Shown piece after piece: positions 54,885-64,000 of a stretch of 64,000 nt of DNA (its first letter is position 1; each line of letters begins with the position of its first letter). Location: positions 32,001 through 96,000 of the forward strand of contig OY764159.1 in NCBI GenBank assembly GCA_963668175.1, given 5' to 3'. The notes beneath the pieces are model-generated. The model had not been told where the DNA came from and searched no databases. It saw only the letters and a program-made list of their open reading frames with translations. The DNA is from Syntrophales bacterium. GTDB lineage: Bacteria; Desulfobacterota; Syntrophia; Syntrophales; PHBD01. The translations under genes were made by a program, and so were the position numbers.

Positions 54885-56141
54885 TTACGCCTTATTGACC
54901 CCGGACCGGCAGTAATCGCGGAAATTATTGACTGCAATAAAGAACTCGCGCATCATGATAACCCACATATACTGTCCGCGTTCCGTCAGAACGAGGCAGG
55001 GTTTCCGATAGCGAAGGCCCCCGACCGCCATAAACGCCAGTATTTCAAACCACAGGTGACGAAACGCCCGGCCGCCGTATTTGACGTTCATCTCGTCCAT
55101 GTTCATCGTCATGCCGAAAAGCTTCATGAGAAAATCGTAGCGGAGGCAGTCACGAGAGGAAAAATCGCGGCTGGCCATCAGGGGGAATCCCCCAGGATCT
55201 CCCGCGACCTGATCGATGTACTCCCGGATATCAAATGTGTTCGCATAACAGGTGCCGCTTAAAAAGCCGATGGAGCCGCTTCCCAGACCTGCATATTCAT
55301 CGTAATTGACGACATACTCGTCGATCATCCCCGACTTTCTTGAAAAACACCAGGCTGAAGAAGACCGGTAACGATTTCGGAGGCACGCAACGATTTGGCG
55401 ATAGAAGGCCTTCTCTCTCCGATAATCGACCTCCCCCAATGTCCTTGAGACAATGCGGCGCGTAGAATCGGACACCATAAGCGGATAATAGGTGATCTGA
55501 TCGATTCCGAGATCCACGAGGCACTCCAGGTCACGGGCCAGCATCTCGCTCGTCTGAGAAGGAAAATTGAAAATCATGTCGGCGTTTAACGTATCGAACA
55601 ATCCCATGGCCGCTTTCAGACGTTCGGCAATCTCCCGACCGCTTCCGTATTTCTCGTAGCGTTCCATGTCTCTGAGGAGGCCGTCGTCGAAGCTCTGGAC
55701 GCCGACGGAAAGCCGGTTCACCCCGATATTTTTGAGGATTTCAAGACGATCGGGAGTCAGATGGTTGGGGTTGGTTTCCACCGATAATTCCGTGACGGGG
55801 AAAATTTCCCGGGCCATCGTCAGCGTTTCCGCCAACTCGTCTATAAGAACCGTGGGAGTTCCGCCCCCAACGTAGATGCCGTTGAATTGATAGCCGGCGC
55901 TCTTATAATGCTTCATTTCCCGCCTGAGGGCTTCGAAATAAGACCGGCACAATCCTTCCTGAAAGACAACCCTGTTGAACGAACAATAGGGACAAAGCTG
56001 TTCGCAGAAGGGGATGTGGATATACATCAGGCGGGGTTTGTCCACCGTGCAGGGGGGCACTCGGGGTACACCGCCGCCGTCGAACCGCATGGAGCGGGCG
56101 AATTCATTTCTCGCATGGGAGGCAATCAACGCATCGATCAA
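54885..56141 (-). CDS. HemN-like class C radical SAM enzyme; candidate menaquinone methyltransferase (MenK/MqnK-like)
   Basis: YIHIPFCEQLCPYCSF, GGGTPT, RLSVGVQS, QITYYPLM. Confidence 0.8.
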   Translation of the reverse strand: MIDALIASHARNEFARSMRFDGGGVPRVPPCTVDKPRLMYIHIPFCEQLCPYCSFNRVVFQEGLCRSYFEALRREMKHYKSAGYQFNGIYVGGGTPTVLIDELAETLTMAREIFPVTELSVETNPNHLTPDRLEILKNIGVNRLSVGVQSFDDGLLRDMERYEKYGSGREIAERLKAAMGLFDTLNADMIFNFPSQTSEMLARDLECLVDLGIDQITYYPLMVSDSTRRIVSRTLGEVDYRREKAFYRQIVACLRNRYRSSSAWCFSRKSGMIDEYVVNYDEYAGLGSGSIGFLSGTCYANTFDIREYIDQVAGDPGGFPLMASRDFSSRDCLRYDFLMKLFGMTMNMDEMNVKYGGRAFRHLWFEILAFMAVGGLRYRKPCLVLTERGQYMWVIMMREFFIAVNNFRDYCRSGVNKA

Positions 56142-56335
56142 GTCATCTTCTCCGAAGGGCAGTTTACAGTCTTTGAAAGCATATCGCAGGTTGGTGATTT
56201 CTCGGTCCCCCGAACGCGCGGAAACGTAGCAGAGCTCTCGAAAATTATCAAGACGATATGAATATCTTCCTTTCTTGAAATAATGGCAAGTCGATGTTAT
56301 AGAATTCGAATAATTGTCGAAACAAGGATGCGGAA

Positions 56336-56905
56336 ATGACCAAGAAGATTTTAACCCTCTGGGATGATAATAAAATCAACAGAAGCGACGAAGTCGTTCT
56401 GCGCAGACCTGCCGACGAGATATCCGCACCGTTCGATGAACGTGCAATGGACGATATCCGGACGCTCATGGAAACATTCCTGAAAAGGGACGACGCCCTC
56501 GGTTTGGCGGCGCCACAGATAGGGATCAGCCGAAAGATCATCATCTTCCGCAATAAGGGATTCGAAGAGAAGACTTGGTCAAAAGGGGCCGGCGATTACG
56601 ACGTCCTTGTCAACCCCCGTATCGTCTCGACCAGGGGAGAATTGGTCAGGGGAACGGAAGGCTGCCTTTCCTGCCCGGAAATCCAGGTAGAGATCGACCG
56701 CTACCCCGAAATCAAAGTTCAGGCCTGCGATTCCAAGGGAAAGAAAATCAGCAGACGCTATGTCGATTTCCTGGCCCGTATCGTTCAGCATGAAATGGAT
56801 CACCTGGAGGGCATTCTTATCCTGGATCGCGCCGAAAACCTTTATTACCCGAACAAGAAACGCGCCTTCTTCGAGGAGATTTTCCAGGTGAAGAAGGAAC
56901 CGTAA
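56336..56905 (+). CDS. def: Peptide deformylase
   Basis: GLAAPQIG, EGCLS, QHEMDHLEG. Confidence 0.93.
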   Translation: MTKKILTLWDDNKINRSDEVVLRRPADEISAPFDERAMDDIRTLMETFLKRDDALGLAAPQIGISRKIIIFRNKGFEEKTWSKGAGDYDVLVNPRIVSTRGELVRGTEGCLSCPEIQVEIDRYPEIKVQACDSKGKKISRRYVDFLARIVQHEMDHLEGILILDRAENLYYPNKKRAFFEEIFQVKKEP

Positions 56906-57178
56906 GCGAACGGCCAAAGCCGTATCCGTTAGATCAACAGCCATAGCGCGTTCGATCCCGACGTCAGACCGCATTCAATCTGCCCGCCCCAATAACCAAT
57001 ACATAATGGCCCGGCCATATGCCCCTTCTTGAGACGATGCCGCAGCGTCAGGGACTTCAGCCCCGCACCGCGCAAGTCCGATATCGCGTCAAATTATCCA
57101 TGAAAGGCCTAAATTGAGACGGCAATATCGCCTTCCGGGTTCTCCTCGCGCGGTGGGCTCCCGATGGCGTATCCGTTT

Positions 57179-57871
57179 TTAGATGGTTTTGCGCCAGGCC
57201 AGACGCATCTCCAGCCAGCGGGAGAGGCTTGTGAAGGCAAAGCAGATGATGAAATAGACGACGGAAATAAATAAAAATATCTGGGCGGGATAGATCATGG
57301 TCCGGTTGTTCACCTGGGTTGCCACGTGTGTCAGTTCCGAGACGCCGACAATAAAGGCCAGGGACGTATCCTTGATCATGGAGACAAACTGGTTGACAAA
57401 GGACGGGATCATATTGCGCAGGGCCTGTGGCAAAACGATATAGATCATGGCCTGCCAGTGATGAAGGCCCGTGGACAGGGCAGCTTCCATCTGTCCCCTG
57501 GGAATCCCCTCTATTCCGGCCTGCACGATCTGCGACATATACGATGATGTGAAGATCGACAGGGCCATGATGACCGTCCAGCTTTCAGGGACCGTCCCGC
57601 CCATAACGGCCGGCAAAAGGAAATACATCCAGAAGATCACCATGAGAAGAGGTATGCCCCTGATTGCGTTGACGACAACCAGGGTCGGATAACGGACGAT
57701 ACGGTTCTGGGATACGCACATAAGGCCGAGAATCATGCCGCCGAAAAATGACAGCACCAGAGAGACAACAGCGAGATAGAGCGTCAGGAGAACGCCCCCG
57801 ATGGGTCCGTTCGGATAACGGCCGATCATGAAGTGTGCAAAATTGTCCCAAATAACGCTGAAATCGCCCAT
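57179..57871 (-). CDS. Polar amino acid ABC transporter permease
   Basis: RGIPLL, GQMEAALSTG, IVLPQA, KDTSL; start placed at MGDFS. Confidence 0.92.
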   Translation of the reverse strand: MGDFSVIWDNFAHFMIGRYPNGPIGGVLLTLYLAVVSLVLSFFGGMILGLMCVSQNRIVRYPTLVVVNAIRGIPLLMVIFWMYFLLPAVMGGTVPESWTVIMALSIFTSSYMSQIVQAGIEGIPRGQMEAALSTGLHHWQAMIYIVLPQALRNMIPSFVNQFVSMIKDTSLAFIVGVSELTHVATQVNNRTMIYPAQIFLFISVVYFIICFAFTSLSRWLEMRLAWRKTI

Positions 57872-57876
57872 ACCGT

Positions 57877-58587
57877 TTACGCCCTGACTCCCATGGGATT
57901 CAACACTTTCTTGCTGTACCACGTCATCAGCCATGTAATGATGACGGAGATGACCAGATAGACGACGGTAGCGGCCGTAAAGGCCTCAAACCCCTTGAAC
58001 GTATAAGCCTCGACTTGCCTCGCCTGATAGGTCAATTCCGCTACGCCTATGGTCATGGCAAGGGACGAGTTCTTCGTCAGATTGAGGAATTGGTTAATAA
58101 GCGGCGGAATGGTGAGCCGGACCGCTTGCGGCAAGACGATATACTGCATCGAGCGAAGATAGGAAAAGCCGGAACTTCTGGCCGCTTCCATCTGCTCCTT
58201 GGGAATGGAGCGCACGCCTGAGCGGATATCTTCGGCAATAAAGGCCGACGTGTAAATAGTGAGCGCAATGACCGCTGCCGCAAATTCGAAATTGACGGAA
58301 TTCAGCCAATCATTGGCCGCCTTCGGCAAAACCTGATAAGAACCGAAATACCAAAAGAAGATTTGAACCAAAAGCGGAGTATTTCGAAAAAATTCCAGGT
58401 AAGCATGAGAAAACCAGAGGACAGGCTTCACCGTACTCATGCGCATTACGGCAATCAACAACCCGAGTAAAAAAGACAGGGCAACCGACACCACCGACAG
58501 CTCAATGGTAACCTTGATGCCGGAAACGATCCATTCAAAGTACTGTCCGGAAGTGACGATTGCCCAGTCGAAATTGTAATTCAACAC
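57877..58587 (-). CDS. Polar amino acid ABC transporter permease
   Basis: FRNTPLLVQ, EQMEAARSSG, KNSSL. Confidence 0.93.
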   Translation of the reverse strand: MLNYNFDWAIVTSGQYFEWIVSGIKVTIELSVVSVALSFLLGLLIAVMRMSTVKPVLWFSHAYLEFFRNTPLLVQIFFWYFGSYQVLPKAANDWLNSVNFEFAAAVIALTIYTSAFIAEDIRSGVRSIPKEQMEAARSSGFSYLRSMQYIVLPQAVRLTIPPLINQFLNLTKNSSLAMTIGVAELTYQARQVEAYTFKGFEAFTAATVVYLVISVIITWLMTWYSKKVLNPMGVRA

Positions 58588-58608
58588 AGATGAAGTGAAC
58601 CCCTGAAA

Positions 58609-59427
58609 TTATTTGTCCGCTGTAATTTTGAACGTCCGATTCATATGGAAGGCCAAACCCTTCGGGCCGAACCATTTTTCAAAAATCTTCTTCGCCTCTC
58701 CGCTCTTCTCCATCTCGAGCAGGGTCTTGTTAACGAAATTGACAAAGTTCGTATCGCCCTTCCTCATTCCCAATCCATAAGGCTCATCGGAAATCTGGAT
58801 GTTCGGAATTTCGTATTTGTTCTTCTCGGGGTACTTGGCCAGCATGTTGGCCAGGATCGACTCGTCCGTCGTTACCGCCGCGACCTTACCCTGCTGCAGC
58901 GCCAGGAACGCCGGCGGATAATCGTCAAACGACAGGATCTGCGACGTCGGGAGTGCCTTCTTGGCGTTCTGTTCCGAAGTGGATCCCTTGGCGGTACCTA
59001 TCTTCTTGCCGGCCAGATCCTCTAACTTCTTGACGGCGCCTTTAGGAGTAATGAATTTCTGCCCCGTGAGGAAATACATATAACTGAAATCGATTTGTTT
59101 TGCTCGCTCAGGGTTCTTTGTCATCGTGGCCGCCACGAGATCGACATTGCCCTGCATCAACTGAGGAATCCTGGTGGCCGATGTCACCGGCTTCAGCTCC
59201 AGCTTAACGCCGGCCTTCTTGGCAATAGCTTTGCAGAAATCAACGTCATACCCGACGATCTCACGGGTTTTCTCATCGATAAATCCGAATCCCGGCGTCG
59301 AGTCTTTTACGCCACACACCAATACGCCTTTCTTCTTGACATCTGCCATGGTATCTCCGGCCAGGGACGTACTGCACAAGCCGCCGATCAACGCCATTGA
59401 TAACAACAAAATACCGAGCTTTTTCAT
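58609..59427 (-). CDS. Polar amino acid ABC transporter substrate-binding protein (Glu/Asp-like)
   Basis: Signal peptide, GYDVD, VTSATRIP, EPYGLG; start placed at MKKLG. Confidence 0.92.
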   Translation of the reverse strand: MKKLGILLLSMALIGGLCSTSLAGDTMADVKKKGVLVCGVKDSTPGFGFIDEKTREIVGYDVDFCKAIAKKAGVKLELKPVTSATRIPQLMQGNVDLVAATMTKNPERAKQIDFSYMYFLTGQKFITPKGAVKKLEDLAGKKIGTAKGSTSEQNAKKALPTSQILSFDDYPPAFLALQQGKVAAVTTDESILANMLAKYPEKNKYEIPNIQISDEPYGLGMRKGDTNFVNFVNKTLLEMEKSGEAKKIFEKWFGPKGLAFHMNRTFKITADK

Positions 59428-59450
59428 TGTTTCCTCCTTCATTTCGAATT

Positions 59451-60185
59451 TTAATGCATGGGTGATAAAATTTCTTTCAGGAAAAGCTGGGCCCTTTCAT
59501 GTTTCGGATTCCGGAAGAACTCGTCCGGCGTCGCCTCTTCAAGAATGACACCATAGTCGATAAAGGCTACCCTGTCTGCAACCTCCCGGGCAAAACCCAT
59601 CTCATGGGTGACGACGATAAGCGTCATACCGGTGTGGGCCAGGCCCTGCATAACGAGGAGGACCTCTCCGATCATTTCCGGATCGAGGGCCGATGTCGGT
59701 TCGTCAAACAGCATGATCTTGGGCTTCATGGCCAAACCCCTGGCGATGGCCACACGCTGCTGCTGCCCCCCGGAAAGCTGGGAGGGATAAGAATCCCTCT
59801 TATCGGCCAGGCCGATCCGCTCCAACAGGGCCATGGCCTGTTTTTCCGCCTCTTTCTTGGGTGTCTTTCTGATCTTGATGGGTGCCAGGGTGATGTTGTT
59901 TAAGGTCGTCAAATGGGGATAGAGATTGAATTGCTGGAAGACGAATCCGATTTCAGCCCGCAACTTGTTGATATCCGTCTTGGGATCGGATATATCGAGA
60001 CCGTCGACAATGAGTTTCCCCTTATCGATCGGCTCCAGTTTGTTGATCGTCCTGATCAGAGTCGACTTCCCCGAGCCGGAAGGGCCGCAGACGACGACGA
60101 CTTCCCCCTGTTTGACCTGCAGATTGACATCATTCAACACATGAAGCTTTTTAAACCATTTATGCACACCATGGAACTGAATCAT
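59451..60185 (-). CDS. Polar amino acid ABC transporter ATP-binding protein
   Basis: [28 protein letters not shown]. Confidence 0.96.
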   Translation of the reverse strand: MIQFHGVHKWFKKLHVLNDVNLQVKQGEVVVVCGPSGSGKSTLIRTINKLEPIDKGKLIVDGLDISDPKTDINKLRAEIGFVFQQFNLYPHLTTLNNITLAPIKIRKTPKKEAEKQAMALLERIGLADKRDSYPSQLSGGQQQRVAIARGLAMKPKIMLFDEPTSALDPEMIGEVLLVMQGLAHTGMTLIVVTHEMGFAREVADRVAFIDYGVILEEATPDEFFRNPKHERAQLFLKEILSPMH

Positions 60186-60264
60186 ATATTGCTCCGGGAG
60201 TTTACATCCACGCCATTGACGGCTTTAGTTGCCGATTATTGTTGATTTGTTATCTTCCGCCTCG

Positions 60265-60293
60265 GCTATATAGCACCTCATGAAAATAGTCAA
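60265..60293 (-). promoter_or_regulatory. Possible sigma70 promoter for the ABC operon
   Basis: TTGACT-17 nt-TATAGC. Confidence 0.5.
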
Positions 60294-60434
60294 CGGTTTA
60301 ATGGACTACCGGGAACATCATACCGCCATAAACGACTGTTAGACGTCTGACAGACGGCCGTCACGGAAAAAGACATACAGTCTTTCCGAGGCCCCTACTT
60401 CCGGGAACGACGGTTCGGGCGGCCGATGTATTGT

Positions 60435-60463
60435 TTGACATTCATATGGGCTTAAACTATAGT
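60435..60463 (+). promoter_or_regulatory. Sigma70 promoter for the polyprenyl synthetase gene
   Basis: TTGACA-17 nt-TATAGT; implies the start codon is at 60497 rather than 60431. Confidence 0.7.
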
Positions 60464-60496
60464 TCCGACCACACGGATGACGGGGGGTGGATAAGG

Positions 60497-61477
60497 ATGA
60501 AAATGCAAATAGCTGAGGTGTTTCAGTACTATGCCGATGATCTGAAGCATGTCGATGCCTACATGGACAGCCAGATGCAATCGGAAGTCAAAATCATTCC
60601 CGAAATCATCCGTCACCTTATCGGCAGCGGCGGCAAAAGGCTGAGACCGCTTCTCCTTATGGCTTCCTCATCTCTGTGCGGCTACAACGGGGACCGCCGT
60701 TATTATATGGCCGCCGTCATCGAATTCATCCATACCGCCACCCTGCTCCACGATGACGTTATCGACCATGCGCAAATAAGGCGGGGCAAAGTATCCGCGA
60801 ACAATATCTGGGGAAATGCGGCCAGTGTTCTCGTGGGCGACTTCCTCTACTCCAAGTCATTCAGCCTGATGGCGGAACAGGGCAATCTCGATATCATCAA
60901 ACTGCTCTCGTCCGCGACCAGCGCGATGTCGGAAGGTGAAGTATTTCAATTGGTTAAATGCGGCGACATCCAGATCACCGAAGAGGAATACCTGACGATC
61001 ATCGAAAAGAAGACCGCCGTCCTCATCGCGGCAGCCTGCGCCGTCGGCGGTATGCTCAGCAACGTGCCGCAGGAACAGATTCAATCCCTCATCCGATTCG
61101 GCACGATGCTCGGATCGGCTTTTCAAATAACCGACGATACGCTGGATTATATGGCGGAGGAAGAGCAATTCGGCAAGGCCATCGGCAAGGACCTGCAGGA
61201 AGGGAAAGTAACGCTTCCCCTGATTCGCACACTGAAAGTCTGTTCGCCCGAAGAGGGTGCGGCGGTCAAGAGGTTTGTCGAGCAAGCGAACGAAGGCAAT
61301 CAGGCGGTCAAAGACGTCGTCACCGTCATCCGTAAATATGACGGCATCGAATACGCCTTGAACAAGGCAAAGGCTTATATCGAGGAAGGGAAGGCCTGTC
61401 TCGATTCGTTTGCCGCATCCGATGCGAAGAGAACCCTCATTACCATCGCCGATTATGTCGTGGAAAGAAGGCTGTAA
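60497..61477 (+). CDS. Polyprenyl diphosphate synthase (IspB-like, long chain)
   Basis: GGKRLRP, HTATLLHDDVID..RRG, FQITDD, GKVTLP. Confidence 0.93.
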   Translation: MKMQIAEVFQYYADDLKHVDAYMDSQMQSEVKIIPEIIRHLIGSGGKRLRPLLLMASSSLCGYNGDRRYYMAAVIEFIHTATLLHDDVIDHAQIRRGKVSANNIWGNAASVLVGDFLYSKSFSLMAEQGNLDIIKLLSSATSAMSEGEVFQLVKCGDIQITEEEYLTIIEKKTAVLIAAACAVGGMLSNVPQEQIQSLIRFGTMLGSAFQITDDTLDYMAEEEQFGKAIGKDLQEGKVTLPLIRTLKVCSPEEGAAVKRFVEQANEGNQAVKDVVTVIRKYDGIEYALNKAKAYIEEGKACLDSFAASDAKRTLITIADYVVERRL

Positions 61478-63057
61478 AACCGGTCGGCCGGGTTGAGCGC
61501 TATCTTTCCGGGATGCCTGCCGGTACCGCTATCTTTCCTGTCCCTCTTCATGGCCGGAGGCAAATACCGGAGGATGTCCTCTGCCGTCATGCCGTCTTCG
61601 CCCTTTGCATCCGCAGCCAAATCCCCGGCAAGACCATGGATGAAGACGCCCTTCCGGGCGGCAGCCGCCGGAGGCAGCCCCAGGCCGGCCATGGCGGCAA
61701 TCGTTCCCGTCAGGACGTCTCCCGACCCCGCCGTCGCCATCCCGGCATTACCGTTTAAATTCAAGAATATGCTCTCGTCTTCGCAGCCGATCAGGCTATG
61801 GGCTCCCTTGAGCACGATGGTCGCCCCTAAATCCCGGGACGTCTCCTGCAATAACCTCATTCTATCGTTTTCGAGCTCGGCTTTGCTTCGATTGACGATG
61901 CGCAGCATTTCTCCCGGATGCGGCGTAAGAATCGTCGGGGCTTTTCTGTCTCTCAAAATCCCAAGATCGGCGGCAATGGCCGTCAATCCGTCGCCGTCGA
62001 TAAGCAGGGGCTTCTGGATGAGCTTTGCCAGATCCCTCACCAACTGTTGCGTTTCGGGGTCCAGGGATATGCCCGGACCGACAACGACCATGGTTGCCTT
62101 ATCGGCCATGGCCAACAATCGGTCCATATTGCTTCCGGCGATACTGCCTGCATCGGTTTCCATCAGCGGGATCATCACGAGTTCGCTTGCTTTTTGTCCT
62201 ATGCAGAGCGCGATCGACCGCGGCGTCGCCAGGCGGGCATAGCCTCCCCCGGCCTTGAGGAACGCATAGGCGGCGAAATAAGGGGCGCCGATATATTGTG
62301 CCGAGCCGGCGATGAAGAGGGCGTCCCCTACGCTGCCTTTGTAGGCGGTTCTCTCACGGGGCGGTAAATCGACCCGATCGTTGGTTTGTATTTTCAAAGT
62401 GCTTTTTTCATAGAGATCGGGAGGAAAGGATATATGGCTGACATACAGCCTGCCGCATCTTTCATATCCCGGATAGAGCATATTACCGATTTTGGGCAAC
62501 CCCAGGGCCACGGTGCAGCAAGCCCGCACAGCCGCTCCCATGATTTGGCCCGAATCACCATGAATACCGGATGGGATATCGATGCTGAGCACCGGTTTGC
62601 CGCTCTCATTGATCCGAAGGATCACCTCCCGGTGAATGCCGGACACTTCCCGGTCGAGCCCCGTACCAAAGATTGCATCGATGATACCGTCGGCACGCCG
62701 GATATCGTGCACGATGGATTGGATCGATGAAACGGAAACCATGTCGGCGGATAGCCTTTTCAGGATATCCAGATTCTCTTTCGCGGCACCCCTGAACTTC
62801 GCCTCATCGCCGATGATAAATACCTTGACCCTGCCGCCTTTAGACATGATCTGGCGGGCAACGACAAATCCGTCGCCTCCATTGTTACCGACGCTGCAAA
62901 AGACGGCAAACATTTTATTCCGGATGCCGACCTCCTTGTCCAAAACAAACGAAACGGCAAGGCCGGCGTTTTCCATCAGTATGGCCTCCGGTATGCCCAA
63001 ACGATCGATGGCATATCGGTCCATGGCTCTCATTTCCTGAACAGTGGATATCTTCAT
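61453..63057 (-). CDS. nnr: Bifunctional NAD(P)H-hydrate epimerase/dehydratase
   Basis: LMENAG, GNNGGDG, DAIFGTG, DIPSG, TPHPGE, MATAGSGDVL. Confidence 0.95.
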   Translation of the reverse strand: MKISTVQEMRAMDRYAIDRLGIPEAILMENAGLAVSFVLDKEVGIRNKMFAVFCSVGNNGGDGFVVARQIMSKGGRVKVFIIGDEAKFRGAAKENLDILKRLSADMVSVSSIQSIVHDIRRADGIIDAIFGTGLDREVSGIHREVILRINESGKPVLSIDIPSGIHGDSGQIMGAAVRACCTVALGLPKIGNMLYPGYERCGRLYVSHISFPPDLYEKSTLKIQTNDRVDLPPRERTAYKGSVGDALFIAGSAQYIGAPYFAAYAFLKAGGGYARLATPRSIALCIGQKASELVMIPLMETDAGSIAGSNMDRLLAMADKATMVVVGPGISLDPETQQLVRDLAKLIQKPLLIDGDGLTAIAADLGILRDRKAPTILTPHPGEMLRIVNRSKAELENDRMRLLQETSRDLGATIVLKGAHSLIGCEDESIFLNLNGNAGMATAGSGDVLTGTIAAMAGLGLPPAAAARKGVFIHGLAGDLAADAKGEDGMTAEDILRYLPPAMKRDRKDSGTGRHPGKIALNPADRFYSLLSTT

Positions 63058-63069
63058 ACGTCCCCCGAA

Positions 63070-63972
63070 CTATCCGGCCGCCGCAACCCTGTTGCGCCCT
63101 CCGTTTTTGGCTTCGTATAATGCCTGATCGGCCTTTTCGATCACCGTCGCCGGAGACGGGATCTCGCCCGTCATCTCCGCCACGCCGAGACTGACCGTAA
63201 TTCTTGACTTCATCGCCTGATGTTCGAATATCTCGTTCTCAATCATCGTGCGGCAGCGCTCTGCGATAACCAGGGCCTGACTGATATTGGTTTCCGGCAG
63301 GATGCAGCAAAATTCTTCGCCCCCATACCTGGAGACGAGATCCGTACTCCGGAGATCCGCCCGTATCAATTCCGCAAGCGCCTTGAGAACGAAATCTCCG
63401 TAAAGGTGTCCGAAATTATCGTTAACGGCCTTGAAATGATCAATATCCAGCATGACTATACTAAACGATTTTTGGTAGCGCTTATACCGGTCAAATTCCT
63501 CCCTGAGCCGGAACTCCAGGAATCGGCGATTGAAGACTCCTGTCAGCCCGTCCTGCATATTCATGTCGATCAGTTTCTGTTCATAGATCGCAATCTCGGT
63601 GACATCCTTGACGGTTATATAGAGATACTTGATGACGTTATTCTCGTCCCGCAGAGGCCCCATATTGCACCACTGCTGCATGAACTCGAACCGGGACTCC
63701 AGGGCACTCACGGGCTTAAAGGGAAAGAGATATTTGTGCAGTTTCTGGGAAAAATAGTACAGGTTTCCCAGACTCAATGCGTAAGCGCAACTGCGTAGAA
63801 ATTTCGGATTATTGAGGTGCGGGAAAAAAGTGAAAAGAGGCCGGCCGACGATCTTGTCCGCCTGTATTTCACTGTGCAGTTCCATCCAGCGGTTCCATTT
63901 AAAGACGTTAAGCTCATGATCCAGGATGACGATTCCGACATCCAGAATATCAAAAATCTGCGAGAATATCAT
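63070..63972 (-). CDS. PAS-sensor diguanylate cyclase
   Basis: N-terminal PAS-like domain, DGLTGVFNRR, RSTD I-site, GGEEF. Confidence 0.92.
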   Translation of the reverse strand: MIFSQIFDILDVGIVILDHELNVFKWNRWMELHSEIQADKIVGRPLFTFFPHLNNPKFLRSCAYALSLGNLYYFSQKLHKYLFPFKPVSALESRFEFMQQWCNMGPLRDENNVIKYLYITVKDVTEIAIYEQKLIDMNMQDGLTGVFNRRFLEFRLREEFDRYKRYQKSFSIVMLDIDHFKAVNDNFGHLYGDFVLKALAELIRADLRSTDLVSRYGGEEFCCILPETNISQALVIAERCRTMIENEIFEHQAMKSRITVSLGVAEMTGEIPSPATVIEKADQALYEAKNGGRNRVAAAG

Positions 63973-64000
63973 TCATATTGCTCCATGAACTCATTCAGGG
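63969..64000 (-). CDS. Probable 3' end of an upstream gene (…LNEFMEQYE*)
   Basis: Open frame ending in a TGA that overlaps the GGDEF start (ATGA); too short to identify. Confidence 0.4.
   Translation of the reverse strand, partial: LNEFMEQYE

Noticed and set aside
56906..57178. 270-nt gap between def and the ABC permease as an ncRNA
   Set aside because: No convincing stem, promoter or known motif found by eye.

Overview
Core-genome region of a GC-rich (by eye) anaerobic deltaproteobacterium; gene content suggests Desulfobacterota, probably Syntrophales-like (inference). Almost all genes are on the minus strand: pilMNOPQ, an FtsB-like gene, a DUF39 homocysteine enzyme, the tRNA-Gly/rimP-nusA-infB-rbfA-truB-rpsO-pnp block, a complete trp operon, a single operon for the whole shikimate/Phe/Tyr pathway, rho-rpmE-prfA-prmC-murA-hisD, selA-rluD-pgeF, a polar amino-acid ABC transporter and several PAS/GGDEF/kinase genes. 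I saw no mobile element, prophage or CRISPR array. The most interesting signal is regulatory. The trp and aro operons each have an unannotated leader peptide (WWW; FNFSYWFSYYYSF, containing all three aromatic residues) followed by two tandem terminators. In both, the 3' arm of terminator 1 is complementary to the 5' arm of terminator 2, suggesting a relay attenuator. Also notable: a PilQ that seems to lack its Secretin_N domain, a 1-nt frameshift in hisD, and a HemN-like radical SAM enzyme with a menaquinone-methyltransferase-like motif. All pairings were done by hand; no folding software or database search was run.
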